Assembly (NCBI GenBank): GCA_963814375.1
Contig: CAWFCQ010000001.1
Coordinates: 22,043 to 86,042, forward strand
From: an uncultured Chloroflexia bacterium
GTDB taxonomy: Bacteria; Chloroflexota; Limnocylindria; QHBO01
DNA: 64,000 nucleotides
Reading direction: 5' to 3'
Under the pieces are notes generated by a model. That model saw nothing but the letters and a program-made list of their open reading frames with translations. It was not told where the DNA came from and did no database searches. The stretch's first letter is position 1; every line of letters begins with the position of its first letter. Positions 29,265-40,360 of the stretch are shown here, one piece after another. A program made the position numbers and the translations under genes.

Positions 29265-29615
29265 TCAGGCCGTGAGCTTGTCGAGTCGCTGGAGAAGGTC
29301 GTGTGCCGCGAGCTCGATCTCCTTGTGGCGCCACTCCGCGGCTCGGTACTGGCAGGCGATGAGCCCGGTGCGATGGATCCGCCGGAAGTCGCCATACACG
29401 AACGCGTGGCGGGCCTTCGTCTCATCCGACGCACCGTCCGTCAGGCCGAGGTGCCACTCGGCGTACTCGTCCCACGAATGTCCGTCGAGGTAGGCGTTCT
29501 CCTCATCGGCTCCCGGCTGTGCTTCGCCCCAGTCGCTGTCGAGGACGTACTGCCGCCCGTCGATGAGCTTGCGTGCCCGTGCGACCGCCTTGGCGTTGAC
29601 CTTGTAGGAGGGCAT
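29265..29615 (-). CDS. conserved hypothetical protein
   Basis: QYVLDSDWG...WHLGL...FVYGDFRRIHR; biased codon usage. Confidence 0.75.
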   Translation of the reverse strand: MPSYKVNAKAVARARKLIDGRQYVLDSDWGEAQPGADEENAYLDGHSWDEYAEWHLGLTDGASDETKARHAFVYGDFRRIHRTGLIACQYRAAEWRHKEIELAAHDLLQRLDKLTA

Positions 29616-29655
29616 GCCCGACATGCCCGCCAGATGCGTGCCAACCTCTGCGCTG

Positions 29656-30234
29656 ATGAAGCCCGGCCGCGCCTCGCACATCACCGACCTCGGGGATGGG
29701 ACCATCCTGCGCCGGGGCGGACGTCCGGTGGCGGAGGCGCGAATGATGGAGCTGGCGCGATCGAGCGGCCTCGCCGTTCCCGTGGTTCACGCCGTACGCG
29801 AGGATGGCCTCGTCCTGGAGCTGATCGAGGGCCCCACGCTCGGGCAGCGCCTCACGCGCCGGCCGTGGGAGCTCTCGCGCGGAATCCGGATCCTTGCCGA
29901 CATCCACCGGCGTCTGCACGAGATCCCGTTCGAGGGCGATCGCCTCGTGCACTTCGACCTCCACCCCGACAACGTGCTGCTCGGATCCCGCGGGCCGGTG
30001 CTGATCGACTGGACGAACGCCCATGGGGGAGACCCGGCCGGCGACCTTGCCATGACGTGGCTGATCCTCGAGACCAGCTCGGGGCTCCCCGGGCGGCTCG
30101 CGGCTCGGCTGTTCCTCGCCGCCGTCGGTCGGGACGAGGTTCGTCGTGGCCTGGCCGATGCGGCCGGCTTCCGGCTCGCCGACCCTCATGTCACCGACGA
30201 CGAGCGGGAGCGCGTCCGGCGAGCCACGCCGTGA
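29656..30234 (+). CDS. APH/choline-kinase-like phosphotransferase
   Basis: HFDLHPDNV and LIDW motifs. Confidence 0.85.
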   Translation: MKPGRASHITDLGDGTILRRGGRPVAEARMMELARSSGLAVPVVHAVREDGLVLELIEGPTLGQRLTRRPWELSRGIRILADIHRRLHEIPFEGDRLVHFDLHPDNVLLGSRGPVLIDWTNAHGGDPAGDLAMTWLILETSSGLPGRLAARLFLAAVGRDEVRRGLADAAGFRLADPHVTDDERERVRRATP

Positions 30235-30240
30235 CTGGCG

Positions 30241-31423
30241 CTATGGCGCGCTGATCTCGTCCGCAGCCGCGTTCCGGAGGGGCCTCGATCCGGACGGTCC
30301 CCGCACGGCGAGCCACATCGCCGGAATGGCGGCGACGCCCGCCACCAGCGACAGGACGAAGATCGACTGGGGGCCCCCGATCGCCGCGGCCGTCGAGCCG
30401 GCCCATGGCCCGAGGACGAGCGCCAGGCTGTAGATCGCCGCCGAGAGGACCCCCTGGGCGGTTGCCGCCGTGGCCGGTGGGGCGTGACGCGCCACGAACG
30501 TGACGCTGCCGACCAGAACGAGCCCGAAGCCCATGCCGTGCAGCGCCATCGTCGCGGCCGCGAGCACCGGGTCGGTGACCACGAGGAGGACCAGCGCCCG
30601 GAGCGCGAAGAAGGCGGCGCCGATGATGATCAGTCGCTCGCCACCGATGCGCGCCGCGAGCAGCGGGAAGGCCCACATGATCGGTACCTCCACCAGGGCG
30701 CCGATGGCCCATGCCGATCCCACCAGCTCGCCGGGCGCCCCGAGCTCCAGCAGGTGGATGGAGAAGTACCAGTTGATCGCCATCGACGCCGACCAGACCA
30801 GCACCGTCGCGGCGAGGAAGCGGGCGATGAGCGGATCACGCAGCACGCGCCCGATCCCGCGGAGACGCGGCAGCGGCGAGGCGCTGGAGTGCCCGCGCAG
30901 GAGAAGCGCGATCAGCGCCAGGCTCACCAGTGCGCCGATGTAGACCGCGAAGAGGCTGGCCACCGAGGTGCGCTCGATCAGCGCTCCGGTGAGGAGCACG
31001 ACGACGATGAACGACGCCGAGCCCCATGCGCGCAGCCCGCCCCATCGGTCGCGATCACCCCGGACGATCTCCAGCGAGCGCGCGTCGAGGGTCGGGCCGA
31101 GGCCCGCGAATGCCAGCGCCATGACCGCCACCGACAGTGTCATGAGGACGACGCTGTCCGACGCCGCCAGGGCGACCGCTCCCAGCGCACGAGATCAGCG
31201 CAGCGGCGGGTATCACCACGCGGGAGCCGGGGAAGCGATCGGCCAGGGCGCCCCACAGCGGAGCGGCCACGAGCCCGGCGGCTGCCGCCAGACCGGTCAG
31301 CAGACCGATCGTCCCGAGGTCGAGGCCGCGTGACGCGTAGAAGACGCCGAGGTAGGGGAAGTAGGCGCCAACTGCCCCGAACAGGGCGATGTAGCCGAGG
31401 CGGCTGAGGGAGATGGGGGACAT
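30241..31423 (-). CDS. MFS transporter (PPP/MFS_1_like; frameshift near 31170)
   Basis: PLWGALADR and GLRAWGSASF motifs; about 12 TM helices. Confidence 0.85.
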
Positions 31424-31614
31424 CGGCAGTGCGAAGTCTGACAGACCGCTCGCCCTTCGGAGTGTTTCGCGCCGGCTGGAATCGGCCAGGTTCTTGCACA
31501 TCGCAGACCGGTAAGCCGGACTGCACACTGTCCCTCTCCGGCAACCCTCTGGCTTCGGGCCGCTCACCGTCCCTTGGCGGTGGCCGGTGCCCACATTCAC
31601 ACACGAGGAGACCC

Positions 31615-32470
31615 ATGCGTCGAACCCTCATTGCTCCCTTCCTGGCCGCAGCGATCGCGCTGACGGTGATGGTGGCGCCGGTCGCGGCGATCACCGGCGG
31701 CCAGCCCGATGGCGACGGCCATCCCCAGACTGCGCTGCTCCTGGCGCCAGGCCTGACCTTCTGCTCGGGCACCCTGATCGATGAGCAGACGATCCTGACG
31801 GCCGGTCACTGCACCGATTTCTGGACCGAGCTCGCCGCCGATCCCGAGGTCGAGCTCGAAGAGATCCTGGTCAGCTTCGACGCGCAGGCCGCCGTCGACG
31901 AGGACTGGCTCCCCGTGGACGAGACCGAGTGGTTCACGGCGTCGGAGTGGATGACCCATCCCGACTACGTGTCCGCCGATTGGCCGTTCACGTTCGACTA
32001 CGGATTGCTCTTCCTGGACGAGGATCCCGGCATCACGCCGGCCGACGCTGGCCCCTCTCGGCACGCTCGGGCCGATCCTCGGAGGCAGCGGCGCCAGCAA
32101 GCAGCTGTTCGACGACGTCGGCTACGGCGTCCAGGGCAACATCCGGGGCGGCGGCCCGCCGCAGCAGGCGATCACCTGGACGCGCAAGATCGCGGTCCAG
32201 CGCTACGCGCCGGGCAACGGCTCGTCGACCGGGATCTTCCACGAGTCGTGGTTCATCCTGAAGAACAGCCCGTCGGCCCAGCACGGTGGCGCCTGCGGTG
32301 GCGACTCCGGCTCGCCGATCTTCCTGCACGACACGACGACCGTCGCGGCGGTCCACACCGGCGGCTACCGGATGGGCCTGGATGGCGTCCTGTGCGGGCG
32401 CAAGTCGTCCCTGAACCATCGCGTCGACATCGAGGGCGTCCACGACTGGATCCTCGCCAACGCGATCTAG
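31615..32470 (+). CDS. secreted trypsin-like (S1) serine protease (frameshift near 32050)
   Basis: Signal peptide ending VAA/ITGG; LTAGHC, DYGLL and CGGDSGSP catalytic triad. Confidence 0.88.
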
Positions 32471-32485
32471 CCGACGCTCGACCTT

Positions 32486-32523
32486 GAGGCCCGCTCCGGG
32501 GTTCCCCGGGGCGGGCCTCTTTT
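32486..32523 (+). terminator. intrinsic terminator
   Basis: GAGGCCCGCTCCGGGG-TT-CCCCGGGGCGGGCCTC followed by TTTT. Confidence 0.85.
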
Positions 32524-32536
32524 CTATGCTTGGCGC

Positions 32537-33298
32537 ATGGATCTCGGTCTCAGCGATCGCGTCGTGCTCATCACCGGCGCCGGCGGCGGAGTCGGCCCGA
32601 CGCTCGCGCACGCCTTCGCCGCCGAGGGTGCGCTGGTGGCGCTGCACGTCCGGGACGCGGCCAAGCCCGGTCGCGGCCACGAGACGGCCGATGCGATCCG
32701 GTCCGCCGGCGGGCGCGCCGCCGTCGTCGGCGCCGACCTCCGCTCGACCGACGCGATCGAGGCGATGGTCTCCCGGACGCGCGAGGAGCTCGGCGCGGTC
32801 GCGGTCCTGGTGAACGCGACATCGGCCTATCGCGCCGAGACGCTGGCGGAGATCACGGACGACAGCTGGAGCTCGATGATCGACGACATGCTCGGCGCCA
32901 CGCTGCGCGTCACGCGCGCCGTCGCGCCCGGGATGCGGGCCGATGGCTGGGGCAGGATCGTCTCGTTCGCCTCGCGCTCAGCTCTCGCCGGAGTTGCCAA
33001 GGCGTCCCACTACGCCGCCGCCAAGGCGGGCGTCATCGGCCTCACCGCGTCGTTGGCCAAGGAGCTCGGCCCGGATGGCATCCTCGTCAACGCGCTGGCG
33101 CCGACGCAGATCCTGACCGTCAAGGACGGCGAGCCGTCCATTCCCGCTGAACGGGCGGAGAAGATGGCGAAGTCGATTCCGCTGCGCCGCCTTGCCACTC
33201 CGGACGACGTCGCCGGCCTCGTGCTGTGGTTGGCATCGGCGGCCAACACCTACGTCACCGGCGAGACGATCGGCTTCACCGGCGGCGCCAAGACCTGA
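32537..33298 (+). CDS. SDR-family oxidoreductase
   Basis: TGAGGGVG and YAAAK motifs. Confidence 0.92.
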   Translation: MDLGLSDRVVLITGAGGGVGPTLAHAFAAEGALVALHVRDAAKPGRGHETADAIRSAGGRAAVVGADLRSTDAIEAMVSRTREELGAVAVLVNATSAYRAETLAEITDDSWSSMIDDMLGATLRVTRAVAPGMRADGWGRIVSFASRSALAGVAKASHYAAAKAGVIGLTASLAKELGPDGILVNALAPTQILTVKDGEPSIPAERAEKMAKSIPLRRLATPDDVAGLVLWLASAANTYVTGETIGFTGGAKT

Positions 33299-33317
33299 CC
33301 GGCGCCCGCGCCACCGC

Positions 33318-33349
33318 TCCACCGCGCATTCACAGTTCGCGCGCATTCG
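33318..33349 (+). promoter_or_regulatory. putative response-regulator box, copy 2
   Basis: TCCAC-N6-TTCACAGT-TCGCGCGCATTCG, about 60 nt upstream of the ATG. Confidence 0.6.
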
Positions 33350-33408
33350 GCGGCCACGCTCTCCGCATCGGCCCGATCGGAGGTCGATCCTCAAGGGAGA
33401 ACAGACAG

Positions 33409-33822
33409 ATGGGAACGATCTTCCGCATATTCGCGGTGCTGCTCCTGGTCGCCGTCGCCGTCGGCATCGGCGCAGCGGTCTACAACGCCGGCGTGACGGC
33501 CGGCCTGAACGAGGCGGCGATCCAGGCGGCGGCCAACGGTGATCCGGTGCCCGTGGCTCCGTACGCGTACGGCTACGGACCCTACTGGCAGGGGCCGTTC
33601 GGGTCGGGCTGGGGCATCTTCGGGATCTTCTTCTGGATCCTGGGCATCTTCCTGGTCATTGGCATCGTGCGAGCCGCGTTCGGGTTCGGCCGGGGCTGGG
33701 GTGGCCCCGGACCGCGCGGCCCGGGCGGATGGGGCGGCCGCTACGAGCGGATGGACGAGCTGCATCGTGAGCTGCATCGGCGCGAGGGCGGCGAGGGCGA
33801 GCAGCGCCCGGCGGCAACCTGA
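33409..33822 (+). CDS. 2-TM Gly/aromatic-rich membrane protein with C-terminal ELHRELH motif
   Basis: GGGAG RBS; two TM helices; WGGRYERMDELHRELH. Confidence 0.8.
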   Translation: MGTIFRIFAVLLLVAVAVGIGAAVYNAGVTAGLNEAAIQAAANGDPVPVAPYAYGYGPYWQGPFGSGWGIFGIFFWILGIFLVIGIVRAAFGFGRGWGGPGPRGPGGWGGRYERMDELHRELHRREGGEGEQRPAAT

Positions 33823-33844
33823 CCCGCCCTACCATGCCGGCACC

Positions 33845-34520
33845 ATGCCGCAGATCCTGATCGTGGATGACGAGCCGGAGATCGTCCGGCTCGTCCACGA
33901 CTTTCTGACCGCCGCCGGCTTCGCGCGTGACCACGGCCGGCTCGGGTGACGAGGCGCTGATGCGCGTGCGGACCGAGTCGCCGGACCTCGTCGTGCTCGA
34001 TCTCGGCCTCCCCGGGTTGGACGGACTGGACGTGACGCGCGCGATCCGACACACCGGCAACCTGCCGATCATCATGCTCACCGCGCGCGACGACGAGACC
34101 GACAAGCTGATCGGCCTCGAGCTCGGCGCCGACGACTACGTGACGAAGCCATTCAGCCCGCGCGAGCTTGTGGCACGCGTGCGCGCCGTGCTGCGGCGTC
34201 ACGCCGCCGGCGGCGAGCGTCAGCTGCTGCGGGCCGGCGATCTGGCCCTCGACCTGCCGCGCATGCGCGCCACCCGAGACGGTGAGCCGATCGAGCTGAC
34301 CGCGACCGAGTTCGCGTTGCTCTCCGCCATGGCTCGCGAGCCCGGCAGGGTCTTCACGCGGGCGCAGCTGCTCGACGCGATCCACGGCGTCGCCTTCGAG
34401 TCGTACGAGCGGGCGATCGACGCCCACGTCAAGAACATCAGGCGCAAGCTGGAGCCGAGTCCGCACGCTCCGCGCTACCTGCTGACGGTCTACGGCGTCG
34501 GATACCGGCTGGCGGAATGA
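33845..34520 (+). CDS. OmpR-family response regulator (frameshift near 33925)
   Basis: ILIVDDE, LDLGLPG, GADDYVTKPF and wHTH TVYGVGY motifs. Confidence 0.9.
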
Positions 34521-35671
34521 CGGAGCCGAAGGAGCCGACGCAGCCCGCGGACGACCACGGGGCATCTCACCGGCGGGCGCGCGGTCGACACGGCTGGCGG
34601 CTGCCGGACGAGCGGCCGCAGTGGTGGCCGGATGACGAGGCGTGGCCGCCGGCGCGACCGGAGGCGTGGCGCGCCCTGCGCCGTCGATTCGCGCGACGGG
34701 CCGCCGCCTTCGGCTGCATGGTCGTGCTCACCCTGGTGGTCCTGACCGCGGTTGCCTCGTGGGTGCTCGGCCAGCTCTTCGGCGGCGGGTGGATCACGGT
34801 CGTCCTCATCGTCGTGCTCTTCCTCGTCCTCGCATCGGTCGTGCGCGCCGTCGTCCGCGGCATGCGCCTGGCCTTCACGCCGATGAGCGATCTCGTCGAG
34901 GCCTCGGCACGCGTCGAAGCCGGAGAGGTCGGGACCCAGGTGGAGGTGCGCGGCCCGAGCGAGGTCCGCACGCTGGCGCGCGCCTTCAACTCGATGAGCA
35001 CGCGGCTGGCGGAGGACGATGCCGCGCGCCGTCGCCTGCTGGCGGACATCAGCCACGAGCTGCGCACGCCGCTGACCGTGATCAAGGGCAACGTCGAGGG
35101 CATGCTGGACGGCATGTACGCGCCGGATCGCGAGGTCCTCGAGCGCATTCTCGCCGAGACCCATCAGCTCGAGCGCCTGATCGACGACCTGCGCACCCTC
35201 TCGCTCGCCGATGCGGGCATGCTCGCCCTTCAGCGCGAGCCGACCGACCTCGGCGCGCTGGCGGCCGAGGCCCTTGCCGCGTTCGAGCCGCAGGCCGCTG
35301 CGTCCTCGGTCACGCTCGTCGCGCAGCCGACGCCGGCGATGCCCGAGATCGAGATCGACCCCCGACGCGTCCGCCAGGCGATCGCCAACCTGGTCGCCAA
35401 CGCAATCCGCCATACACCGCCGGGAGGTCGCGTGACCGTCGCGGTGGCGCCCGACGGCGGTGGCCAGCAGCTGTCGGTGACCGATACGGGCTCCGGGATG
35501 GACGCCGAAGCAGCCGCGCACGCCTTCGATCGCTTCTGGCGCACGCCCGACTCGCCCGGCGCCGGCCTCGGCCTCGCGATCGTCCGGGACCTGGTCGCAG
35601 CCCACGGCGGCACCGTCGAGCTCGAGACGGTGGAAGGCGCCGGCACCGTCGTCCGCTGCCGCTTCCCGTAG
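34517..35671 (+). CDS. HAMP-domain sensor histidine kinase (BaeS-like, short extracytoplasmic loop)
   Basis: Two TM helices, HAMP, SHELRTP H-box, NAIRH, DTGSG and GAGLGL. Confidence 0.93.
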   Translation: MTEPKEPTQPADDHGASHRRARGRHGWRLPDERPQWWPDDEAWPPARPEAWRALRRRFARRAAAFGCMVVLTLVVLTAVASWVLGQLFGGGWITVVLIVVLFLVLASVVRAVVRGMRLAFTPMSDLVEASARVEAGEVGTQVEVRGPSEVRTLARAFNSMSTRLAEDDAARRRLLADISHELRTPLTVIKGNVEGMLDGMYAPDREVLERILAETHQLERLIDDLRTLSLADAGMLALQREPTDLGALAAEALAAFEPQAAASSVTLVAQPTPAMPEIEIDPRRVRQAIANLVANAIRHTPPGGRVTVAVAPDGGGQQLSVTDTGSGMDAEAAAHAFDRFWRTPDSPGAGLGLAIVRDLVAAHGGTVELETVEGAGTVVRCRFP

Positions 35672-35672
35672 A

Positions 35673-36347
35673 GTGGCGACGATGACCGGCTGGATCAGGA
35701 CGGCGTGGCAGCATCCGGCGGCATTGCTGCTCGGCGCGCAGCTCCTGGCCGTCGTGCTCTACCCGTACATGGACGAGTCGTCGACCGGCCGCGCCCTCCT
35801 GTCGCTCTCGACGCTCGTGATCCTGGTCATCGCGGTCTGGGCCATTCGCACCACACCGGCGCTCACCTGGGTCGCGATCCTCATCGGCCTGCCAGTCGTC
35901 GCCTTTACGCTGTGGGAGGCCGCCGATCCGTCGAATCGGACGGTTGCGCTGTGGTCGGCACTGCTCCACGCGACCTTCTATTTCTACATGAGCTACGGCC
36001 TGATCCGGTACATGTTCAAGGACCGATCGATCACGCCCGACGAGCTCTTCGCGACCGGTGCCACCTTCACGGTGGTGGCATGGGCCTTCGCCTACCTCTA
36101 CGCCGCGAACCAGATCATCTGGCCGGGGTCGTTCACCGCGGCGGTCGATCCCGACGCGCCGAGAACGTGGATGGAGCTGCTCTTCCTGTCCTTCACCACG
36201 CTCACCTCCACCGGGCTCTCGGACGTCGTGCCGATTCGGCCCCAGGCGCGCGCGTGGGTGATGATCGAGCAGCTGGCCGGGCTGATGTACGTGGCGATCG
36301 TGATCAGCCGGGTCGTGGGCCTGACGCTCTATCGCCCGCGGGCTTAG
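35673..36347 (+). CDS. ion-channel family protein (Ion_trans_2 pore domain)
   Basis: Multiple TM helices; LFLSFTTLTSTGLSDVVP pore-helix region. Confidence 0.8.
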   Translation: MATMTGWIRTAWQHPAALLLGAQLLAVVLYPYMDESSTGRALLSLSTLVILVIAVWAIRTTPALTWVAILIGLPVVAFTLWEAADPSNRTVALWSALLHATFYFYMSYGLIRYMFKDRSITPDELFATGATFTVVAWAFAYLYAANQIIWPGSFTAAVDPDAPRTWMELLFLSFTTLTSTGLSDVVPIRPQARAWVMIEQLAGLMYVAIVISRVVGLTLYRPRA

Positions 36348-36351
36348 AGGC

Positions 36352-37826
36352 CTAGAGGCCGGGTCGGAGCAGCGCCTGGCCGGTCAGCAGGACCCCGCTG
36401 GCCAGGATCACCACCGCCGTTCCCCACGGCAGGATCGCGCCGAACGTCGACAGCCGAGGTGCGCGGACCATCAGCCGGCCGATACGGTCGCGTCCGTGCA
36501 CGAGCGCCAGGCCGATGCCCGCCAGGACGCCGGCCATCCCGGCGCCGAAGGCGAGGGCCAGCGCGAGCCCATAGGCCGGCTGCCCGGCAGCGATCGCGCC
36601 GAGCAGCAGCACCAGCGCGGAGGTCGACGGGATCATTCCGCCGGCGACGCCGATGGCGGCGAGCCCGCGCCACCCGGGCATCCCGCGATCCTGGTGGGGG
36701 TGCGAATGGTCGTGGTCATGTCCGTGGGCGTGCGGATGACCGTGCGCATGCGCCTCATCGTGCGCGCGCACGGTGAGCCATCGCTGAACGCATCGGGCGA
36801 GCATGACGCCACCCACGACGATCACCGTCAGGCCCGCGATCGCCGAGAGGACCGGATAGAGGCGCTCCGGTGGAATCACGCCGCCGGCGAAGAGGACGAC
36901 CCCGGCCAGCGCGAGCACCCCGATGGTGTGCGACGCCGTGATGACGCCCCCGAGCATCACCGCGTCCCGCCGGCGACCGCGGGTGCCGATGAGATAGGCC
37001 GCCATGATCGTCTTGCCGTGGCCCGGGCTGAGCGCATGGCCCGCTCCGGCCGCCGCAGCCAGCACGATGCCGAGTGCGGCGAGCGCCGGCGTCAGGTTGG
37101 TGAGATCGGTCCCGCCGGCGACCGCCGGAGTGCCGATCGGTTCCGCCGAGCGGGTTCCGCCGACGGCGGTCGCGTCGATCGGCGCGTTCTCGGCGAGTGC
37201 GGGTCCACCGGGCCTGACCACCACCGACACGGAACGCTCGTCGAGCGGCCGGGCCAGCAGATCCTCGGGGTAGGCGGTCAGACGGTTGGCAATGTCGACG
37301 CCGGCCTCCGGGTCGTCGATCGTGACACCGTCGCCGCGCACCACGACCTCGCGCCACCCGATCCGCTCGAGGGACGAGCTGTCCGAGAAGGTGACCACCG
37401 AACCGGCACGCAGGGGTGTCGACAGCGGGGCGGTCAGCTCGCACACCAGGCGCAACGTGTCGAGGCCGCCGCTTCCCGGGCGCAGATGGAGCCCCGCCGC
37501 GGTGAGCCCCAGCCGAAGCGGTGCATCGTCGATCGCTGAGCCGCCAGGTCCGGGATCAGGGCTTCGCAGCGCGTTTCCCTCGACGCCTCAAGCTCGTCGC
37601 CGGAAACGCGGCCGTCCCCATCGGTGTCGAGCAGGGCGATCTCGGTCAGCGTGGGAATCTCTGCCATGTCGATGACGACGTCCAGGTCGACAGCGCCGGG
37701 CCGTACGACCAGGGCCGCGTAGTGATTGATCGAGAAGTTCCCGAGCGGATGAGCCGATGCCGTCGCCGGCAGGACCACGAGAAGCGCAACCGCCGCAGCG
37801 ACGGCCACGCGAACTCGGCGCTTCAC
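36352..37826 (-). CDS. RcnA/NiCoT-like nickel/cobalt transporter with N-terminal extracytoplasmic domain (frameshifts near 37470-37540)
   Basis: AHPLGNFSINHY N-terminus, GHALSPGHGKT, SHT and a His-rich loop. Confidence 0.85.
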
Positions 37827-39204
37827 GGCCGTGCCTCCAGCTCGGCGAGCGCCTCAGCGGCGCGCACCGATTGAAGGGGATCGAAGCCCGGATTGCGCTC
37901 GAGCGCGCTCCGCAGCAGGTCCCGCGCCTCCTCGTCGCGGCCGAGCGCGGCGGCGATCATGCCGGCGTGATAGTCGAGCAGCGCATCCTCGGTGCCATGG
38001 GAGCGAGCGATGCGCATCGCGGCGTCCGCTTCCTGCGGCATGCCATTGGCGAGGAGCGCCCAGGCGAGCGTGTCGTGCGCATAGGCGTCGTGTCGCGATT
38101 GCAGGTCCCGGCGGGCGAGCCCGACGGCGCGATCCGGATCCACTCCGTGATCCGCCAGGTACTTCGCGAGCTGCCGATCAGGCGCAAGGCCACCGACCGC
38201 CAGCGCCATCGCGCGCTGCTCCTCGGCCTCGGTCGTGTCGCCGGTCAGCTCGAGAAGGTCGCCGAGCGCCGCGAGCGTCTCCGGCCTGGGCACGATGGCG
38301 ATGGCTCGCTCATAGAGCGGGATGGCGCCCGCTGAGGTCGCCCGCGGCGGCGGTGGCACGCGCGAGGCCGACGAGCCCGGCGGCCGAGCCCGGCCAGGCC
38401 TCGAGCGCCGATGCGTAGGCGTCCGACGAGCCGGCCACGTCACCCGCCTGGAACGCCAGCGCCCCGGATAGCGTGTGGTACCAGGCCAGCGTCTCGGATG
38501 CCGTATCCGGATCCGCGGTTTGCGGCGGCCAGGGCCGCGTCGGCGAGCCGGCGCGCGCCTGCGAGGTCGCCGGTGGCCGCCGCGAGCCGAGCGAGCCGCG
38601 CCTGGACCGCCGGACCGGCGGCGGCATCGGCGAGGGCGTCGTACGCGCGCCTCGCGGCGTCGTACTCACCCAGCTCCAGGGTGGCGTCGCCCAGGGCGGC
38701 GAGGGCCAAAGGAGCGCCGGGCTGGCCGGCGAGGACGGCCTCGGCGTCGGTGACCGCGGCGGCGAAGTCATGGTTGGCGAGGTGCGCATGAGCGCGGAGC
38801 AGGCGCGCGGCCGGCAGGTCCGGCGCGGCGACCAGCGCGGCGTCGGCGGCGGCGAGCGCCCGCGCGACATCGGCCGGGTCGGAAGTCAGGCGCGTTCGTG
38901 CCAGGTACAGCTCGCCGAGCTGGACGGCCGCGATGAAGTCGCCGTCGTCGCGCGCGAGGTTGCCGCTCCATGTCGCGATGGCGGTGTCGATCCTGGCGAG
39001 CGACCCGTCGGCCGGCCCAGGGGCGTCCGCCGGGAGGCTGACCTCGACTGGGGCCGGTGGAACCGCCGTCTCCTCGGGCGGTCGGGCGATCGAGGTTGCC
39101 AGGTAGCTGACGCCGACGATCAGCGCTGCGGCCGCGACGATCAGCCATGGGCGGGGTCGCCGGATCGGGCGCCGGGGTCGTGGTCGGGAGATGGTGGTGT
39201 GCAT
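37823..39204 (-). CDS. membrane-anchored tetratricopeptide-repeat protein (frameshifts near 38520 and 38330)
   Basis: N-terminal TM; Ala-rich TPR helices; DTLAWAL, YHAGMI and NPGF. Confidence 0.8.
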
Positions 39205-39259
39205 CGGTCTGCTGGTTCGACCCCGGAGCGGCCGTGGCGGCCGCTCCGGAATCGGTCCG

Positions 39260-40360
39260 TCAGTGGGCCGGGCCCAGGTACGGGAAGCCCGAGAGCAGGT
39301 CCCCGTGGGCTCCGACGCCGTCGGAGGCGACCGCGCCATTGGTCGTGAGCGACAGCTCGAGGTCGATCACGTCGTCGTCGAGGTCGCGCCCGTTGAGGAA
39401 GCTCGCGTCCGTCCCCACCTTGTAGGTGAGCACGTCCGGCAGCAGGATGTCGGCGATGCCGGCCGCCTGCTCAGCCGTGTACGGGCTTCCGAGCGCGGTC
39501 GAGAGGCCGACCAGCGTGTTGATCACGTTGGTGCGGAACTTCCCGCCCATCGCCGTTCGCTGCAGCCTGGGTGGGGTGGCGTTGAAGGCGTCCTTGTCCG
39601 CGCCGGTGGCGTTGAAGACGGTGTTGATCGCCGGCCGGCCCATCCGGTCGGCCACCATCCCGTTCTTGCCGGTTGCGCCCCACACGCCGATGTCGGTGCC
39701 GTTGCCGCCAAGCGCGCTGTTCGGCACCTCGAGGACGATGGCCAGGGTGTTGAGGCCGGCGAAGAAGTCGGTCGGCGTGACGCCGAGCCGATCAGTCCCC
39801 TGGCCGCGAACCGAGCCGAGGAAGCCGATCAGGTCGAAGAAGAAGGGATCCGACCGCGTGCCCGCGAAGGCGCGCACTCCCTGGCGGCTCTGGGACTTGC
39901 CCTTCGCATCGTCGGTGAAGCCCGATGCGACCGCCTGGACGCCGTTGCGCTTGACGGTGTAGTGCTGGATCCCGCGCGCATCCGGGTCACCGAAGGTCAC
40001 GCTGTACCAGAGGTCGCGGCGCGCATCACCGGTCTTGTCGACGTTGATCCGGTATCGCGCGTCGGGATCGAAGGTGGTCGGTCCGAGGACGTTGACGGCC
40101 GGGTTGACGGTCATCGCCAGCACGGTTCGCCCGCCCGCCGCATCGAAGACGTAGACGTCGTTGATGTCGAGCTGACCGCGCACCTTGTTGACGCTGAGGT
40201 TGTCCATCGCGTCGACCGATGCGCTGCCCAGGCTGGGGGCGTCGAGGTGGTCGGCGCCGGAGGTGAGGAGCGGCGAGATCCCGAGTGTCAGGATCAGCGC
40301 CGCGATGGCGATTGCGACGCCCGCGCGTGCCGCGGGGCGCGCAGAGATACGGGTGGCCAT
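39260..40360 (-). CDS. DUF4331-family secreted protein
   Basis: ADHLDAP, DINDVYVF, FAGTRSDPFFFDL, DRMGRPAIN, NGRDLDDDVID and FPYL; AGGAGG RBS. Confidence 0.9.
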   Translation of the reverse strand: MATRISARPAARAGVAIAIAALILTLGISPLLTSGADHLDAPSLGSASVDAMDNLSVNKVRGQLDINDVYVFDAAGGRTVLAMTVNPAVNVLGPTTFDPDARYRINVDKTGDARRDLWYSVTFGDPDARGIQHYTVKRNGVQAVASGFTDDAKGKSQSRQGVRAFAGTRSDPFFFDLIGFLGSVRGQGTDRLGVTPTDFFAGLNTLAIVLEVPNSALGGNGTDIGVWGATGKNGMVADRMGRPAINTVFNATGADKDAFNATPPRLQRTAMGGKFRTNVINTLVGLSTALGSPYTAEQAAGIADILLPDVLTYKVGTDASFLNGRDLDDDVIDLELSLTTNGAVASDGVGAHGDLLSGFPYLGPAH

